From: a phage
Strand: one strand, 5' to 3'
Sequence record: PZ544513.1
Length of the DNA stretch: 39,595 nucleotides
The notes under the pieces are model-generated. The model was given only the letters and a program-made list of their open reading frames with translations. It did not search any database and was not told the DNA's origin. Position 1 is the first letter of the stretch. Each line of letters opens with the position of its first letter. Of the stretch, positions 8,724-18,769 are shown in pieces. The position numbers were made by a program, and so were the translations under genes.

Positions 8724-8798
8724 CAGACATACAGTTACTGGCCCTGTGGCTGGGAGCACTCGCAGTATTCACTTTAATCCAACGCAGAAGAGGTTAAC

Positions 8799-8821
8799 CC
8801 TAAACTATCACTATAGGCTTA
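8799..8821 (+). promoter_or_regulatory. Phage RNAP promoter (phi1.1-like) CTAAACTATCACTATAGGCTT
   Basis: Member of the conserved promoter family; +1 near 8816. Confidence 0.7.
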
Positions 8822-8860
8822 GACTCAAGGTCATGACTCAAAGTCGTGGCCTTCATGATT
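8821..8860 (+). other. Conserved leader hairpin AGACTCAAGGTCA-loop-TGGCCTT (putative RNase III site, R1.1-like position)
   Basis: 7-bp stem AAGGTCA/TGGCCTT (one G-U pair) with conserved flanks; one of 3 copies at 8821, 16046 and 39024. Confidence 0.45.
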
Positions 8861-8894
8861 AACCCTAAATAAACACTACTGGAGATTTAACCGT

Positions 8895-9074
8895 ATGTAT
8901 CAGAACACTATCAACTTCGAGCGCATCCGTGAACGTCAGCAGACTGAAGGTTACATCCCTAAGGGCCGCAAGCTGAACAAGACTAAACGTGGCGGTGGTA
9001 TCAAAGGCGCTTTCAGAAACGCTGAAGGTAAAGACTCTCTGGTCAACCAAGAGAAATACTTCGTAGGAGCATAA
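8895..9074 (+). CDS. 1.1: gp1.1-like small basic protein (59 aa)
   Basis: ATG 8895 with RBS GGAGA; contains KGRKLNKTKR matching recalled T7 gp1.1; under the ORF-track size cutoff. Confidence 0.55.
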   Translation: MYQNTINFERIRERQQTEGYIPKGRKLNKTKRGGGIKGAFRNAEGKDSLVNQEKYFVGA

Positions 9075-9078
9075 CTCT

Positions 9079-9342
9079 ATGGGCCGACTTTATAGTGGCA
9101 ACATCAACGCTTTCAGAGCAGCGTGTAACAGGCTTTATCAGTTAGACTTCTGCGTGATACAGCAGGACTGGTACGACGCGCATCTTCGGAAAGAGTGCAT
9201 GAGACTTCAAGTCGAGGACCGAGCTGGTAACATCTTCGCGCTTGAGACCTTCGCACACTACGATGAAGACGTGCTGTATAATACCGCAACCGACTACCTC
9301 AACGGTCTCGCTGACCATCTCGACACATGGAGCAAAGAATAA
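9079..9342 (+). CDS. 1.2: Inhibitor of host dGTP triphosphohydrolase (T7 gp1.2 homolog)
   Basis: MGRLYSGNINAFRAA..LYQLDF.VI..DWYDAH.RKEC.RL..EDR.GN ... YDEDVLYN..TDYLN closely tracks recalled T7 gp1.2 (MGRLYSGNLAAFKAA...). Confidence 0.85.
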   Translation: MGRLYSGNINAFRAACNRLYQLDFCVIQQDWYDAHLRKECMRLQVEDRAGNIFALETFAHYDEDVLYNTATDYLNGLADHLDTWSKE

Positions 9343-10430
9343 TGACAACTATCAAAACTAACCCTCACCGCGCTGTAGATTACTCTGAGTCTGGAATTAA
9401 GAAGGCACTGGAAGCAGCCGGGTCTCTGGAAGCTGAAGTGAAGTACGATGGTGTGCGCCTGAACCTCCTGGTACTGCGTGAAGGTGAGACCTACTGGCTT
9501 AGCCGCGAGTCGAAACCTCTACCAGCCTTGGAGTGGATGAACTCTGAGTTAGGTAATGCGTGGACCCAAGCTGACTGGCGATGGTTCCTGCGTCAATCCG
9601 GCTACGAAGGTGTGGGCATGATGATTGATGGCGAGGTCATGGTCAAAGGTGTAGACTTCAACACCTCCTCAGGTCTCATCCGAACGAAGTGGCTCAAGCC
9701 TAACAACGAGGAGTTCGCTGAATACTATTCGCCGGCGACTGGTGGAAAGAAGCTCCCGTTCTGGGGATCCCGGTCACGACTTCAGGTTGTGGTATATGGC
9801 GTTGTCGATATGACAACCATAGCAGACCCGAAAGCAGAAGGTCCTATCCATAGCGTAACCCGCCTGAAGGCTGAAGCTATCGTCCCTCTCCTCCAGAAAT
9901 ACTTCCCGGAAATCGACTGGGTTCTGTCTGAGTCACACACGGTCTATGACCTTGAGTCGCTCAACTCCCTGTACGAACAGAAGCGTCTGGAAGGACATGA
10001 GGGTCTGGTAGTCAAGGACCCACTGGGTAAGTACAAGCGTGGCAAGAAGTCTGGCATGTGGAAAATGAAGCCTGAGGAGACCATCGACGGGACCGTGTGT
10101 GGCCTCGTGTGGGGGACTCCTGGTAAGGCTAACGAAGGTAAGGTCATCGGCTTTGAGGTTCTACTGGAGGATGGCATGGTGGTCAACGCCTGTGGTCTGA
10201 CTGAAGAACAGAAGGACGAGTTTACGGCTAAGGTCAAGGAGGACACGCTTGCTGCGGTTGGCATCTTTGCGCCGTACGGCATTGGTGGTAACGAACCTTG
10301 CTTCGATAACCCATACGAAGGCTGGCAGTGTGAAGTCCTCTTCATGGAGAGGTTCCCTGATGGCTCCCTTCGTCACCCCAGCTTCAAGTGCTGGCGTGGA
10401 ACCGAAGACAACCCAACGGTGAAGTCATGA
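9342..10430 (+). CDS. 1.3: ATP-dependent DNA ligase (T7 gp1.3 homolog)
   Basis: Start MTTIKTNPH aligns with T7 ligase MMNIKTNPF; adenylation motif KYDGVR; EGHEGLVVKDP, KRGKKSGMWKMKPE, SLRHPSF; ATG overlaps the gp1.2 stop (TAATG). Confidence 0.95.
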   Translation: MTTIKTNPHRAVDYSESGIKKALEAAGSLEAEVKYDGVRLNLLVLREGETYWLSRESKPLPALEWMNSELGNAWTQADWRWFLRQSGYEGVGMMIDGEVMVKGVDFNTSSGLIRTKWLKPNNEEFAEYYSPATGGKKLPFWGSRSRLQVVVYGVVDMTTIADPKAEGPIHSVTRLKAEAIVPLLQKYFPEIDWVLSESHTVYDLESLNSLYEQKRLEGHEGLVVKDPLGKYKRGKKSGMWKMKPEETIDGTVCGLVWGTPGKANEGKVIGFEVLLEDGMVVNACGLTEEQKDEFTAKVKEDTLAAVGIFAPYGIGGNEPCFDNPYEGWQCEVLFMERFPDGSLRHPSFKCWRGTEDNPTVKS

Positions 10431-10606
10431 GTACACAACTTTATATCAACATAGCAAGTGGTCAACTCTACGCTGTGGTAAATGGCGAGCTGTGGTATCG
10501 TAAACTCAAGAAGTGGGCCAAGTCCTACTACGATGAAGAGACAATATCAACCATGAGTAATCGCTACCGTAAGGCTGCTAAGGTGAACAACTTTAAGATG
10601 CGTTAA
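10427..10606 (+). CDS. Hypothetical protein (59 aa), gene 1.4-1.6-like position
   Basis: ATG 10427 overlaps the ligase stop (ATGA); the ORF-track start at 10388 is in the same frame but inside the ligase gene. Confidence 0.45.
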   Translation: MSTQLYINIASGQLYAVVNGELWYRKLKKWAKSYYDEETISTMSNRYRKAAKVNNFKMR

Positions 10607-10609
10607 CGT

Positions 10610-10650
10610 CAACCCAGTGGTCTTAGGACTGCTGGGTTTCTTTGCTTCTG
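10610..10650 (+). terminator. Putative early terminator (TE-like) hairpin AACCCAGTGGTC..GACTGCTGGGTT followed by a U-rich tract
   Basis: Stem of about 11 bp followed by TCTTTGCTTCT; position matches the T7 TE terminator after gene 1.3. Confidence 0.4.
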
Positions 10651-10665
10651 GGCCACCAGCTAGAC

Positions 10666-10688
10666 CCTAAGCTATCACTATAGGACAA
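10666..10688 (+). promoter_or_regulatory. Phage RNAP promoter CCTAAGCTATCACTATAGGACAA
   Basis: Promoter family member with one upstream substitution (AAGCT for AAACT). Confidence 0.65.
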
Positions 10689-10714
10689 CCCTAACCGACC
10701 AAAGGAGAAACCTT

Positions 10715-10969
10715 ATGTCTAAAAACTTAATGTTCAACCGATCTACTCGAAGCTTCCACCTGTCGCATAGCCCATTCAGCTTCCATAAAGCTAATCAACC
10801 ATTACCCCGCTTTGGTAAGACAGTGGCTCTGTCTCCAGCAGTTCATGCGCTAGTCACCCGCAAGTCTATGCTGAAGGCTATGGATAAAGAACAAGTTGAT
10901 GTGCCTGTGGTCATTACAAAATGGCCTCGCATTAAGCTGGCACTTCTGGTAATTAAGGAGGCGCTCTGA
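10715..10969 (+). CDS. Hypothetical protein (84 aa)
   Basis: ORF with RBS AAAGGAGA; function unknown. Confidence 0.55.
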   Translation: MSKNLMFNRSTRSFHLSHSPFSFHKANQPLPRFGKTVALSPAVHALVTRKSMLKAMDKEQVDVPVVITKWPRIKLALLVIKEAL

Positions 10970-11301
10970 TGACATACTGTGATAGCACCACATACTGTGA
11001 AGCGTGTAATGGTGACGACCGCTTCCCGCACGTTGGTAAACTTGTAGGTAACAAACTACAAGAAATTGATGACGTCCGCAAGCCGTCCCACTATCAGGTC
11101 TTTGATAGCGTGGAATCCATTGAGATTATCGCACGGTCAATGACTGTGAGTGAGTTCCGTGGGTTCTGCATGGGTAACGTCCTGAAGTATCGACTCCGGG
11201 CTGGTAAGAAGTCCGAACTGGCTACTATGGAGAAGGACCTGAACAAAGCATCCTTCTATCAGAAGCTGTTCGACTTGCATAAAGGTAAGTGCTATGCTTA
11301 A
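10969..11301 (+). CDS. Hypothetical protein, possibly gp1.7-related (DUF3310-like, KPSHYQ motif)
   Basis: 110 aa with KPSHYQV...IEIIA...GNVLKYRLRAGKK pattern recalled from the DUF3310 / T7 gene 1.7 family; ATG overlaps the upstream stop (ATGA). Confidence 0.5.
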   Translation: MTYCDSTTYCEACNGDDRFPHVGKLVGNKLQEIDDVRKPSHYQVFDSVESIEIIARSMTVSEFRGFCMGNVLKYRLRAGKKSELATMEKDLNKASFYQKLFDLHKGKCYA

Positions 11302-11381
11302 TGATATTGTGTATTACTGTGTAGTATGCGCCGGAGTTGGAGCACTAATCCTTTTAATATATTGGGCCATAGAGGTGTAAT

Positions 11382-11480
11382 ATGGAAAAGCCGAGTGAGT
11401 GGTGCGAGCGTAAATTTGAGGAGACAGGTAACGTCGATTACCTTCAGCTCTACAACTTATGGAAGGAGCGTGGTCTATGA
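11382..11480 (+). CDS. Hypothetical small protein (32 aa), gene 1.8-like position
   Basis: ATG 11382 after AGAGGTG; stop overlaps the gp2 start (ATGA). Confidence 0.3.
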   Translation: MEKPSEWCERKFEETGNVDYLQLYNLWKERGL

Positions 11481-11635
11481 CTGACGTAGAGAAGAAGTAC
11501 ATCGTGGAGCTTGAGGGTCGCATTCAGTCCTTCGAGGTTCCGGTGTACGCAAAGTCTCTTGAAGAGGCTACCCTGAAGTCCCAAGAGTATGAGGACGCTG
11601 GGTTTGTGGTCGGACGGATTCGCCCTGAGACCTAA
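11477..11635 (+). CDS. 2: Inhibitor of host RNA polymerase (T7 gp2 homolog)
   Basis: 52 aa; [14 protein letters not shown]...[11 protein letters not shown] matches recalled T7 gp2 (SFEVPIYAETLDEA...AGFEVTRVRP); RBS GGAAGGAG. Confidence 0.75.
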   Translation: MTDVEKKYIVELEGRIQSFEVPVYAKSLEEATLKSQEYEDAGFVVGRIRPET

Positions 11636-11653
11636 ACTATCACTGTAGGACAG
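11631..11653 (+). promoter_or_regulatory. Phage RNAP promoter (phi2.5-like) CCTAAACTATCACTGTAGGACAG
   Basis: Promoter family member with A to G at -3 (CACTGTAGG). Confidence 0.6.
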
Positions 11654-11692
11654 ACGTCCAGTTCGTAACTTTAAATTAGGAGATTTACACCA

Positions 11693-12391
11693 ATGGCTAA
11701 AGAGCAACTGAAGACTTTCACCACTCCGGTAGCTGGTATCGTTGAGCCTTACGCATGGCTGAACAAAGCAGACACCAAGTTTAATGAACGTGGTGAGCAT
11801 AAGGTTAACCTGACATTCGACCTGAGCAACCCGAAGGTCCGTAAGATGATTGATGTCTTACAGAAGATTCACGACGATGCGTATGCGAAAGCACTCGCAG
11901 ACCACGAGAAGAACCCACCTCAGGTTCAGCGTGGCAAGAAGCCTATTGAACCACGAGAGGGCGACATGCCGTGGATTGAGAATGGTGACGGTACTGTTAC
12001 CCTGAAGTTTAAATGCTTCGCGTCTTACCTGAAGGATGGTAAGTCAGAGCCTATCGTATTACGGTTCTACGACACCGATGCTAAGTTAATCCGTGACGTC
12101 CCGAATATTGGCGCTGGCTCCAAACTGAAGGTCAAGTTCAAAGTCCTGCCGTTCAAGTGGAACGCTGCGACTGGTGCAAGCGTTAAGCTCCAGCTTGAGT
12201 CCTGCCTTCTGGTAGAACTGAAGGAGTGGAAAGGTGATGGTACTGGTGGCGATGGCGGCTGGGGTGATGATGAAGACCTCGGTACTGGCTACAAAGCATC
12301 AACCGATGGTGACTTCGGGTCTGATGACTTCGGTGACGATGGTTACGAAGGTGGTGACGACTCCAACTCTGGTGGCGATTACGACTTCTAA
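11693..12391 (+). CDS. 2.5: Single-stranded DNA-binding protein (T7 gp2.5 homolog)
   Basis: 232 aa with OB-fold-like N-terminal half and Gly/Asp-rich acidic tail ending in the aromatic residue F (..GGDYDF), the hallmark of gp2.5. Confidence 0.92.
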   Translation: MAKEQLKTFTTPVAGIVEPYAWLNKADTKFNERGEHKVNLTFDLSNPKVRKMIDVLQKIHDDAYAKALADHEKNPPQVQRGKKPIEPREGDMPWIENGDGTVTLKFKCFASYLKDGKSEPIVLRFYDTDAKLIRDVPNIGAGSKLKVKFKVLPFKWNAATGASVKLQLESCLLVELKEWKGDGTGGDGGWGDDEDLGTGYKASTDGDFGSDDFGDDGYEGGDDSNSGGDYDF

Positions 12392-12843
12392 TGGCCCAAT
12401 GGTCTGCAAAACGGGGGCACTCTGTGGGTGCCTACCGCTCTGGACTTGAAGCCAAGAACCAGCAGTGGCTGGAACAGAACGGCGTCAAAGCGGAGTACGA
12501 AAGCCATTATATCAACTATGTGATTCCGGCTTCCGACCACAAGTACACACCAGATTTTATCCTTCCCAACGGTATCATCGTGGAGACCAAAGGTATCTTC
12601 GATAGTGATGACCGTAAGAAGCACCTTCTGGTACGAGAACAGCACCCAGAGTTAGACATCCGGTTCGTGTTCTCAAGTTCCCGCTCCAAGCTATACAAAG
12701 GGTCTCCGACCACGTATGGCGCATGGTGCGAAAAGAACGGCTATAAGTATGCCGATAAGTTCATCCCGGTTGAGTGGCTCCGAGAGGCGACTGTACGTCT
12801 GCCTTCAGGTATACTCATCCCCAAGAAGAAAGGAGTTAAGTGA
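12391..12843 (+). CDS. 3: Endonuclease I, Holliday junction resolvase (T7 gp3 homolog)
   Basis: VIPASDHKYTPDFILPNGIIVETKGIFDSDDRKKHLLVREQHPELDIRFVFSSSRSKLYKGSPTTYG matches recalled T7 gp3 almost residue for residue. Confidence 0.96.
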   Translation: MAQWSAKRGHSVGAYRSGLEAKNQQWLEQNGVKAEYESHYINYVIPASDHKYTPDFILPNGIIVETKGIFDSDDRKKHLLVREQHPELDIRFVFSSSRSKLYKGSPTTYGAWCEKNGYKYADKFIPVEWLREATVRLPSGILIPKKKGVK

Positions 12844-13334
12844 TGAGCAAGAAGTTTAAACTGTTAGTAGATGCGCATGGCTGGCCTAGTGGGACTATAG
12901 TTACCAAGTGTGAGAATGACCCCGTACCAGATTCAAGAATGACCCTAGTTGAGTGCCAGACTCCAGGCGCATACAAACATGGGTCTAACGGCTGCAATAC
13001 TCAGCCTGAGGGTATGTGGGGAGCATGGGTCCTTAATTGGAAACTTGAGGAAATCAAGCCGGAAGAGAAACTCACTGGTGTCCAAACCACTCAAGTCCTG
13101 CCAGCTTCGAGCGTACCGCCTGTGACTTTGAAGCGTGAAGTCCTGACCATCGACAAGATTGGTGTAGGCCAGACGTTCATCGTCCATGGAAAGCCTGAAG
13201 AAGTTTACGTGAAGATTAGCAACTCACACGTCTTCAACCATAAGCATCTCCAGATGCACACCACGGACGCACAACGCTTCACCCAGCACCTGAATCTGGT
13301 TGTCGTAGAATTGGTGGTGTACAATGGTAAGTAA
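12843..13334 (+). CDS. Hypothetical accessory protein (163 aa) inserted between endonuclease I and lysozyme
   Basis: ORF with RBS AAAGGAG, start overlapping the gp3 stop and end overlapping the lysozyme start; T7 has no gene at this junction. Confidence 0.6.
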   Translation: MSKKFKLLVDAHGWPSGTIVTKCENDPVPDSRMTLVECQTPGAYKHGSNGCNTQPEGMWGAWVLNWKLEEIKPEEKLTGVQTTQVLPASSVPPVTLKREVLTIDKIGVGQTFIVHGKPEEVYVKISNSHVFNHKHLQMHTTDAQRFTQHLNLVVVELVVYNGK

Positions 13335-13782
13335 GGTACAGTTCAATCCACGGTCCCGGACCGACGCTATCTTCATTCACTGTTCGGCTACCAAGCCAGA
13401 GATGGACATCGGGGTAGAGACCATCCGTATGTGGCACAAGCAGCAAGGCTGGCTGGACGTAGGCTACCACTTTATCATCAAGCGCGATGGTACTGTGGAA
13501 GAGGGACGCCCTGTCAATGTCGTAGGGTCACACGTTAAGGACTGGAACTCACGGTCTGTAGGCGTCTGCCTTGTAGGTGGAATTGACGCTAAGGGCAAGT
13601 TTGAAGCTAACTTCACTCCAGCCCAGATGAACTCCCTGCGCAACAAGCTGGCTGACCTGAAGGACTTGTATCCTCAGGCAGAAATCAAGGCTCACCACGA
13701 TGTAGCACCAAAGGCTTGCCCAAGTTTCGACTTGCAGCGCTGGCTTAACACTAACGAACTGGTCACTTCCGACCGAGGCTAA
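13324..13782 (+). CDS. 3.5: N-acetylmuramoyl-L-alanine amidase / T7 lysozyme (gp3.5 homolog)
   Basis: FIHCSATKP, WLDVGYHFIIKRDGTVEEGR, GVCLVGGIDAKGKFEANFTPAQM, HHDVAPKACPSFDL, C-terminal ELVTSDRG, all colinear with T7 gp3.5. Confidence 0.97.
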   Translation: MVSKVQFNPRSRTDAIFIHCSATKPEMDIGVETIRMWHKQQGWLDVGYHFIIKRDGTVEEGRPVNVVGSHVKDWNSRSVGVCLVGGIDAKGKFEANFTPAQMNSLRNKLADLKDLYPQAEIKAHHDVAPKACPSFDLQRWLNTNELVTSDRG

Positions 13783-13796
13783 TAAGGAGAATTAAC

Positions 13797-14009
13797 ATGA
13801 TTAAACTTATTGAATTTCTGGGTCGTCTGGTTGTGCGTGGCTATTCTCGTGCTGCGAGTGTGGAACGAAAAGTCGCATCTGCTGCGGCTAAAGGTGCGGA
13901 AGCGGCTGCTGCGGAAGCGGATAGTCTGCGCATCAAGTCTCTGGACGCTGGCCTACGTGCCAAAGGTCTTGACAAGAAAGCCGAGCAACTGAAAGGCTTC
14001 TTCAGCTAA
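13797..14009 (+). CDS. Hypothetical protein (70 aa), Ala/Lys-rich with hydrophobic N-terminus
   Basis: ORF with RBS AAGGAGA 7 nt upstream. Confidence 0.5.
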   Translation: MIKLIEFLGRLVVRGYSRAASVERKVASAAAKGAEAAAAEADSLRIKSLDAGLRAKGLDKKAEQLKGFFS

Positions 14010-14027
14010 ACTATCACCTTAGGGATG
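14005..14027 (+). promoter_or_regulatory. Phage RNAP promoter variant GCTAAACTATCACCTTAGGGATG
   Basis: Promoter family member with two substitutions in the -4/-2 region (CACCTTAGGGA). Confidence 0.5.
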
Positions 14028-14072
14028 AGACCACGGGTCTTGTCCCTTTGTTCGCATTTGAGATTAAGAAAT

Positions 14073-14152
14073 GTCTCCATAGCTCAAACGGTAGAGCGGC
14101 GGGTCGTGATGGCCTATTGCGATTAGGGTTCGAATCCCCCGTGGAGACGCCA
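14073..14152 (+). ncRNA. tRNA-like element (canonical D-arm, T-loop and 7-bp acceptor stem but non-canonical anticodon arm)
   Basis: GTCTCCA..TGGAGAC acceptor stem, D-arm TAGCTCAAACGGTAGAGC, T-loop GGTTCGAATCC, 3-prime GCCA; anticodon stem pairs poorly in every register I tried. Confidence 0.4.
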
Positions 14153-14163
14153 CTAAGGAGTGA

Positions 14164-16043
<1,880 letters not shown>

Positions 16044-16045
16044 GT

Positions 16046-16090
16046 CTAGACTCAAGGTCATTCATAGCGAGTGGCCTTTATGATTAGACT
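16046..16090 (+). other. Conserved leader hairpin AGACTCAAGGTCA-loop-TGGCCTT (putative RNase III site, R4.7-like position)
   Basis: Second copy of the hairpin family; immediately upstream of the DNA polymerase gene. Confidence 0.45.
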
Positions 16091-16107
16091 AAAGCGGAGG
16101 ATTAACC

Positions 16108-18279
16108 ATGTTTGACCTTAAGAGTATCTGGGGTTCTGACATCGAGACCAACGGTCTCCTTGATACAGTCTCCCAGTTTCACTGTGGGGTCCTGATTAAC
16201 GCCGAGTCGAATGAGACCCTTAAGTATGGGGTAGCTCCGATGGTCGGTATCGTCGGCGGCTTCAAAGAGTATGTTCATAAAGTGGAAGAGATTGCCGCAT
16301 CACCTGATGGTATGCTGGTATTCCATAACGGTATCAACTATGACGTCCCGGCTATAGACAAGCTGAAGCGTTTGTACTTTGGGAAACGCTTTAACTTCCC
16401 GAAACATAAGATGATTGATACCTTGGTGCTGGGACGCTTGATGTATCCAAACATTAAGTTCTCAGACATGGGCGCGGTGAAAGCTGGTCGTCTGCCACCT
16501 AAGATGATGGGACGCCAGTCTCTTGAGGCTTGGGGCTATCGTCTCGGTGAGATGAAAGGTGAGTACAAACACGATTACGTTGCCAAGTGCAAGGCTGAAG
16601 GTATCGAATATAAGGCTGGGGACGAATGGTTGTTCCCGTCTCAGGAGATGCTGGACTATAACGTTCAAGACGTTGTGGTCACACTGGCGTTGTTCAAGAA
16701 GTTCCTGACTGACAAGTATTACTTCCAGTCTGAACAGTTCGCTTTCGACCAGATTTATGCGTTGCGTCTGGAACATGATGCTGCGTGGACCTGTGCGAAG
16801 ATGGAGCGTAATGGCTATCCGATGAACACCGAGATGGTCGAAGGCTTATATCGTGAACTCACTGTCAAACGAGCAGAGTTGCTGGACAAGCTGCGTTCGA
16901 CTTTCGGTAGCTGGTACGCACCAAAGGGAGGCAAGGAGTTCTTCAGGCATCCACGGACAGGTAAGGACCTTCCGAAGTATCCGAGGGTCGTGTATCCTAA
17001 GGTCGGTGGCATCTTTAAGAAGCCGAAGAACAAAGCTCAACGCTTAGGTCTTGAACCTTGTGAACGCGATACGCGAGACACGATGGAAGGAGCACCATTC
17101 ACGCCAATCACTTACGTTGAGTTTAATCCGGGAAGCGGAGACCACTTAGCGAAAGTCCTGATGGAGCGTGGCTGGGAGCCTGTTGACTTCACTGACACCG
17201 GGAAACCTGTAGTCGATGACGAGACGTTGGAACACGTTAAGTTACCAGACGCAGAGGCTCAGGCTTGCGTAGAGCTGGTCCGTGAGTATCTGGTAGTCCA
17301 GAAGCGCATCGGTCAGGCGGCTGAAGGTAAGAACGCATGGTTGAAACTTGTAGGTCCAGACGGACGTATGCACGGCTCAATAAACCCATGCGGGGCAGTA
17401 ACCGGACGTGCGACCCATAGTTCACCAAACATGGCTCAGGTCCCGGCTAACGGTGCTCCATATGGTGAGACTTGCCGTGGTGCTTTCGGTGCAGCGTGGA
17501 ACAAGAAGGACGGTAAGCCAGACCCTTGGATTCAAGTTGGTGTGGATGCCTCAGGTCTTGAGCTTCGTTGTCTTGGGAACAGAGCGGCTCCGTTTGATGG
17601 TGGTGCATATGCGAAGACTGTGGTAGAAGGTGACATCCACTGGGCCAACGCAGTAAACGCTGGGTTAGCACCTAACGTCCAACGCGATAAGTCTAACCAC
17701 GACCATGAGGCTTTCCGTAACAACGCTAAGACGTTCATCTACGCGTTCCTGTATGGTGCAGGGGCCGCTAAGATTGGACTGATAGTAGGCGGTGGTAAGA
17801 AGGAAGGTTCAGCGCTCATGAAGAAATTCATTGAGGGTACACCAGCTATCAAGGACCTCAGGGAAGCTGTAAGTAATACGTTAATCTCAGACTCTAAGTG
17901 GGTGGACGGAGAGAACATCGTTAAATGGAAACGCCGTTGGTTGCGTGGACTCGATGGTCGCCGTATACACATACGGTCTCCACACTCAGCACTGAACGCA
18001 TTACTTCAAGGTGATGGTGCGGTAGTATGTAAGCACTGGATTGTTGAGACTGAACGTATGCTCGAAGAGGCCGGGTATGTCCACGGCTGGGAAGGAGACT
18101 TTGCGTACATGGCATGGGTCCACGACGAATTGCAGATTGCAGCTCGGAACATGGAGATTGCCGAAGATATTCGCAGGATTGCTCAACTTGCTATGCGTAA
18201 GGTGGGTGAGTTCTATAACTTTAAATGTGTCCTTGATACTGAAGGTAAGCTTGGACCAACTTGGAAGGAGTGTCACTAA
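16108..18279 (+). CDS. 5: DNA polymerase (T7 gp5 homolog, family A)
   Basis: 723 aa; N-terminal 3-prime to 5-prime exonuclease motif (DIETNGL), polymerase motifs (KTFIYAFLYGAG, VHDEL), colinear with T7 gp5. Confidence 0.97.
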   Translation: MFDLKSIWGSDIETNGLLDTVSQFHCGVLINAESNETLKYGVAPMVGIVGGFKEYVHKVEEIAASPDGMLVFHNGINYDVPAIDKLKRLYFGKRFNFPKHKMIDTLVLGRLMYPNIKFSDMGAVKAGRLPPKMMGRQSLEAWGYRLGEMKGEYKHDYVAKCKAEGIEYKAGDEWLFPSQEMLDYNVQDVVVTLALFKKFLTDKYYFQSEQFAFDQIYALRLEHDAAWTCAKMERNGYPMNTEMVEGLYRELTVKRAELLDKLRSTFGSWYAPKGGKEFFRHPRTGKDLPKYPRVVYPKVGGIFKKPKNKAQRLGLEPCERDTRDTMEGAPFTPITYVEFNPGSGDHLAKVLMERGWEPVDFTDTGKPVVDDETLEHVKLPDAEAQACVELVREYLVVQKRIGQAAEGKNAWLKLVGPDGRMHGSINPCGAVTGRATHSSPNMAQVPANGAPYGETCRGAFGAAWNKKDGKPDPWIQVGVDASGLELRCLGNRAAPFDGGAYAKTVVEGDIHWANAVNAGLAPNVQRDKSNHDHEAFRNNAKTFIYAFLYGAGAAKIGLIVGGGKKEGSALMKKFIEGTPAIKDLREAVSNTLISDSKWVDGENIVKWKRRWLRGLDGRRIHIRSPHSALNALLQGDGAVVCKHWIVETERMLEEAGYVHGWEGDFAYMAWVHDELQIAARNMEIAEDIRRIAQLAMRKVGEFYNFKCVLDTEGKLGPTWKECH

Positions 18280-18563
18280 TGGCTATTACTAAACGTATTC
18301 GTGTGAGTTTTGATCTGAAGATGGTTGCTAACTCAAAGGAAGAAGATACCATGTGTCGCCAACTGGCTGATATGACTAAAGCCTACGCTGAGGGTGAGAA
18401 GCTGGATGGTCTTCAGTTGGCTCTGGTCAAAACCGCAATCGAGTCAGGCCCTGAGTCTGCCCTTGAAATTGCCCTCAAGAAGACCATCAAGGAGAAGCTG
18501 GTAGACGACTTTGGTTATGGCCAGTTCGGAGTATCTAACCTGCGATTCGAGGTCAAGCAATGA
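18279..18563 (+). CDS. 5.5: gp5.5-like protein (H-NS-binding protein homolog)
   Basis: MAITKRIRVSFDL aligns with recalled T7 gp5.5 MAMTKKFKVSFDV; ATG overlaps the polymerase stop (TAATG). Confidence 0.65.
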   Translation: MAITKRIRVSFDLKMVANSKEEDTMCRQLADMTKAYAEGEKLDGLQLALVKTAIESGPESALEIALKKTIKEKLVDDFGYGQFGVSNLRFEVKQ

Positions 18564-18769
18564 GTGAATACTTACGGGTCCTAGCGGCCCTTAAGTCCTG
18601 CCCGAAGACCTTCCAGTCCAACTATGTGCGCAACAACGCTGCACTTGTGGCTGAGGCTGCGAGTCGTGGACATCTAAGCTGCCTGTCTATGGATGGGCGT
18701 AACAACGGTGCGTGGGAGATTACCGCTGCTGGCACCAAGTTCCTGAACCAACACGGAGGATGCCTGTGA
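18560..18769 (+). CDS. 5.7: gp5.7 homolog
   Basis: MSEYLRVLAALKSCPKTFQSNYVRNNAALVAEAASRGHLSCLSMDGRNNGAWEITAAGTKFL is near-identical to recalled T7 gp5.7. Confidence 0.85.
   Translation: MSEYLRVLAALKSCPKTFQSNYVRNNAALVAEAASRGHLSCLSMDGRNNGAWEITAAGTKFLNQHGGCL

Noticed and set aside
12234-12449. 71-aa + strand ORF overlapping the end of the SSB gene and the start of endonuclease I
   Set aside because: Alternative frame through the Gly/Asp-rich repeat-like region of gene 2.5; explained by low-complexity codon composition and has no RBS.
13810-13992. 60-aa + strand ORF in an alternative frame of the 13797-14009 gene
   Set aside because: Overlaps the better-supported ORF (RBS AAGGAGA, ATG 13797) almost completely; only one of the two frames can be real.
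18712-18765. ORF-track start of the exonuclease gene at 18712
   Set aside because: This start is a GTG 58 nt inside gene 5.7 with no RBS; the ATG at 18760 or GTG at 18766 (RBS GGAGGA, 5-nt spacing) is more plausible.
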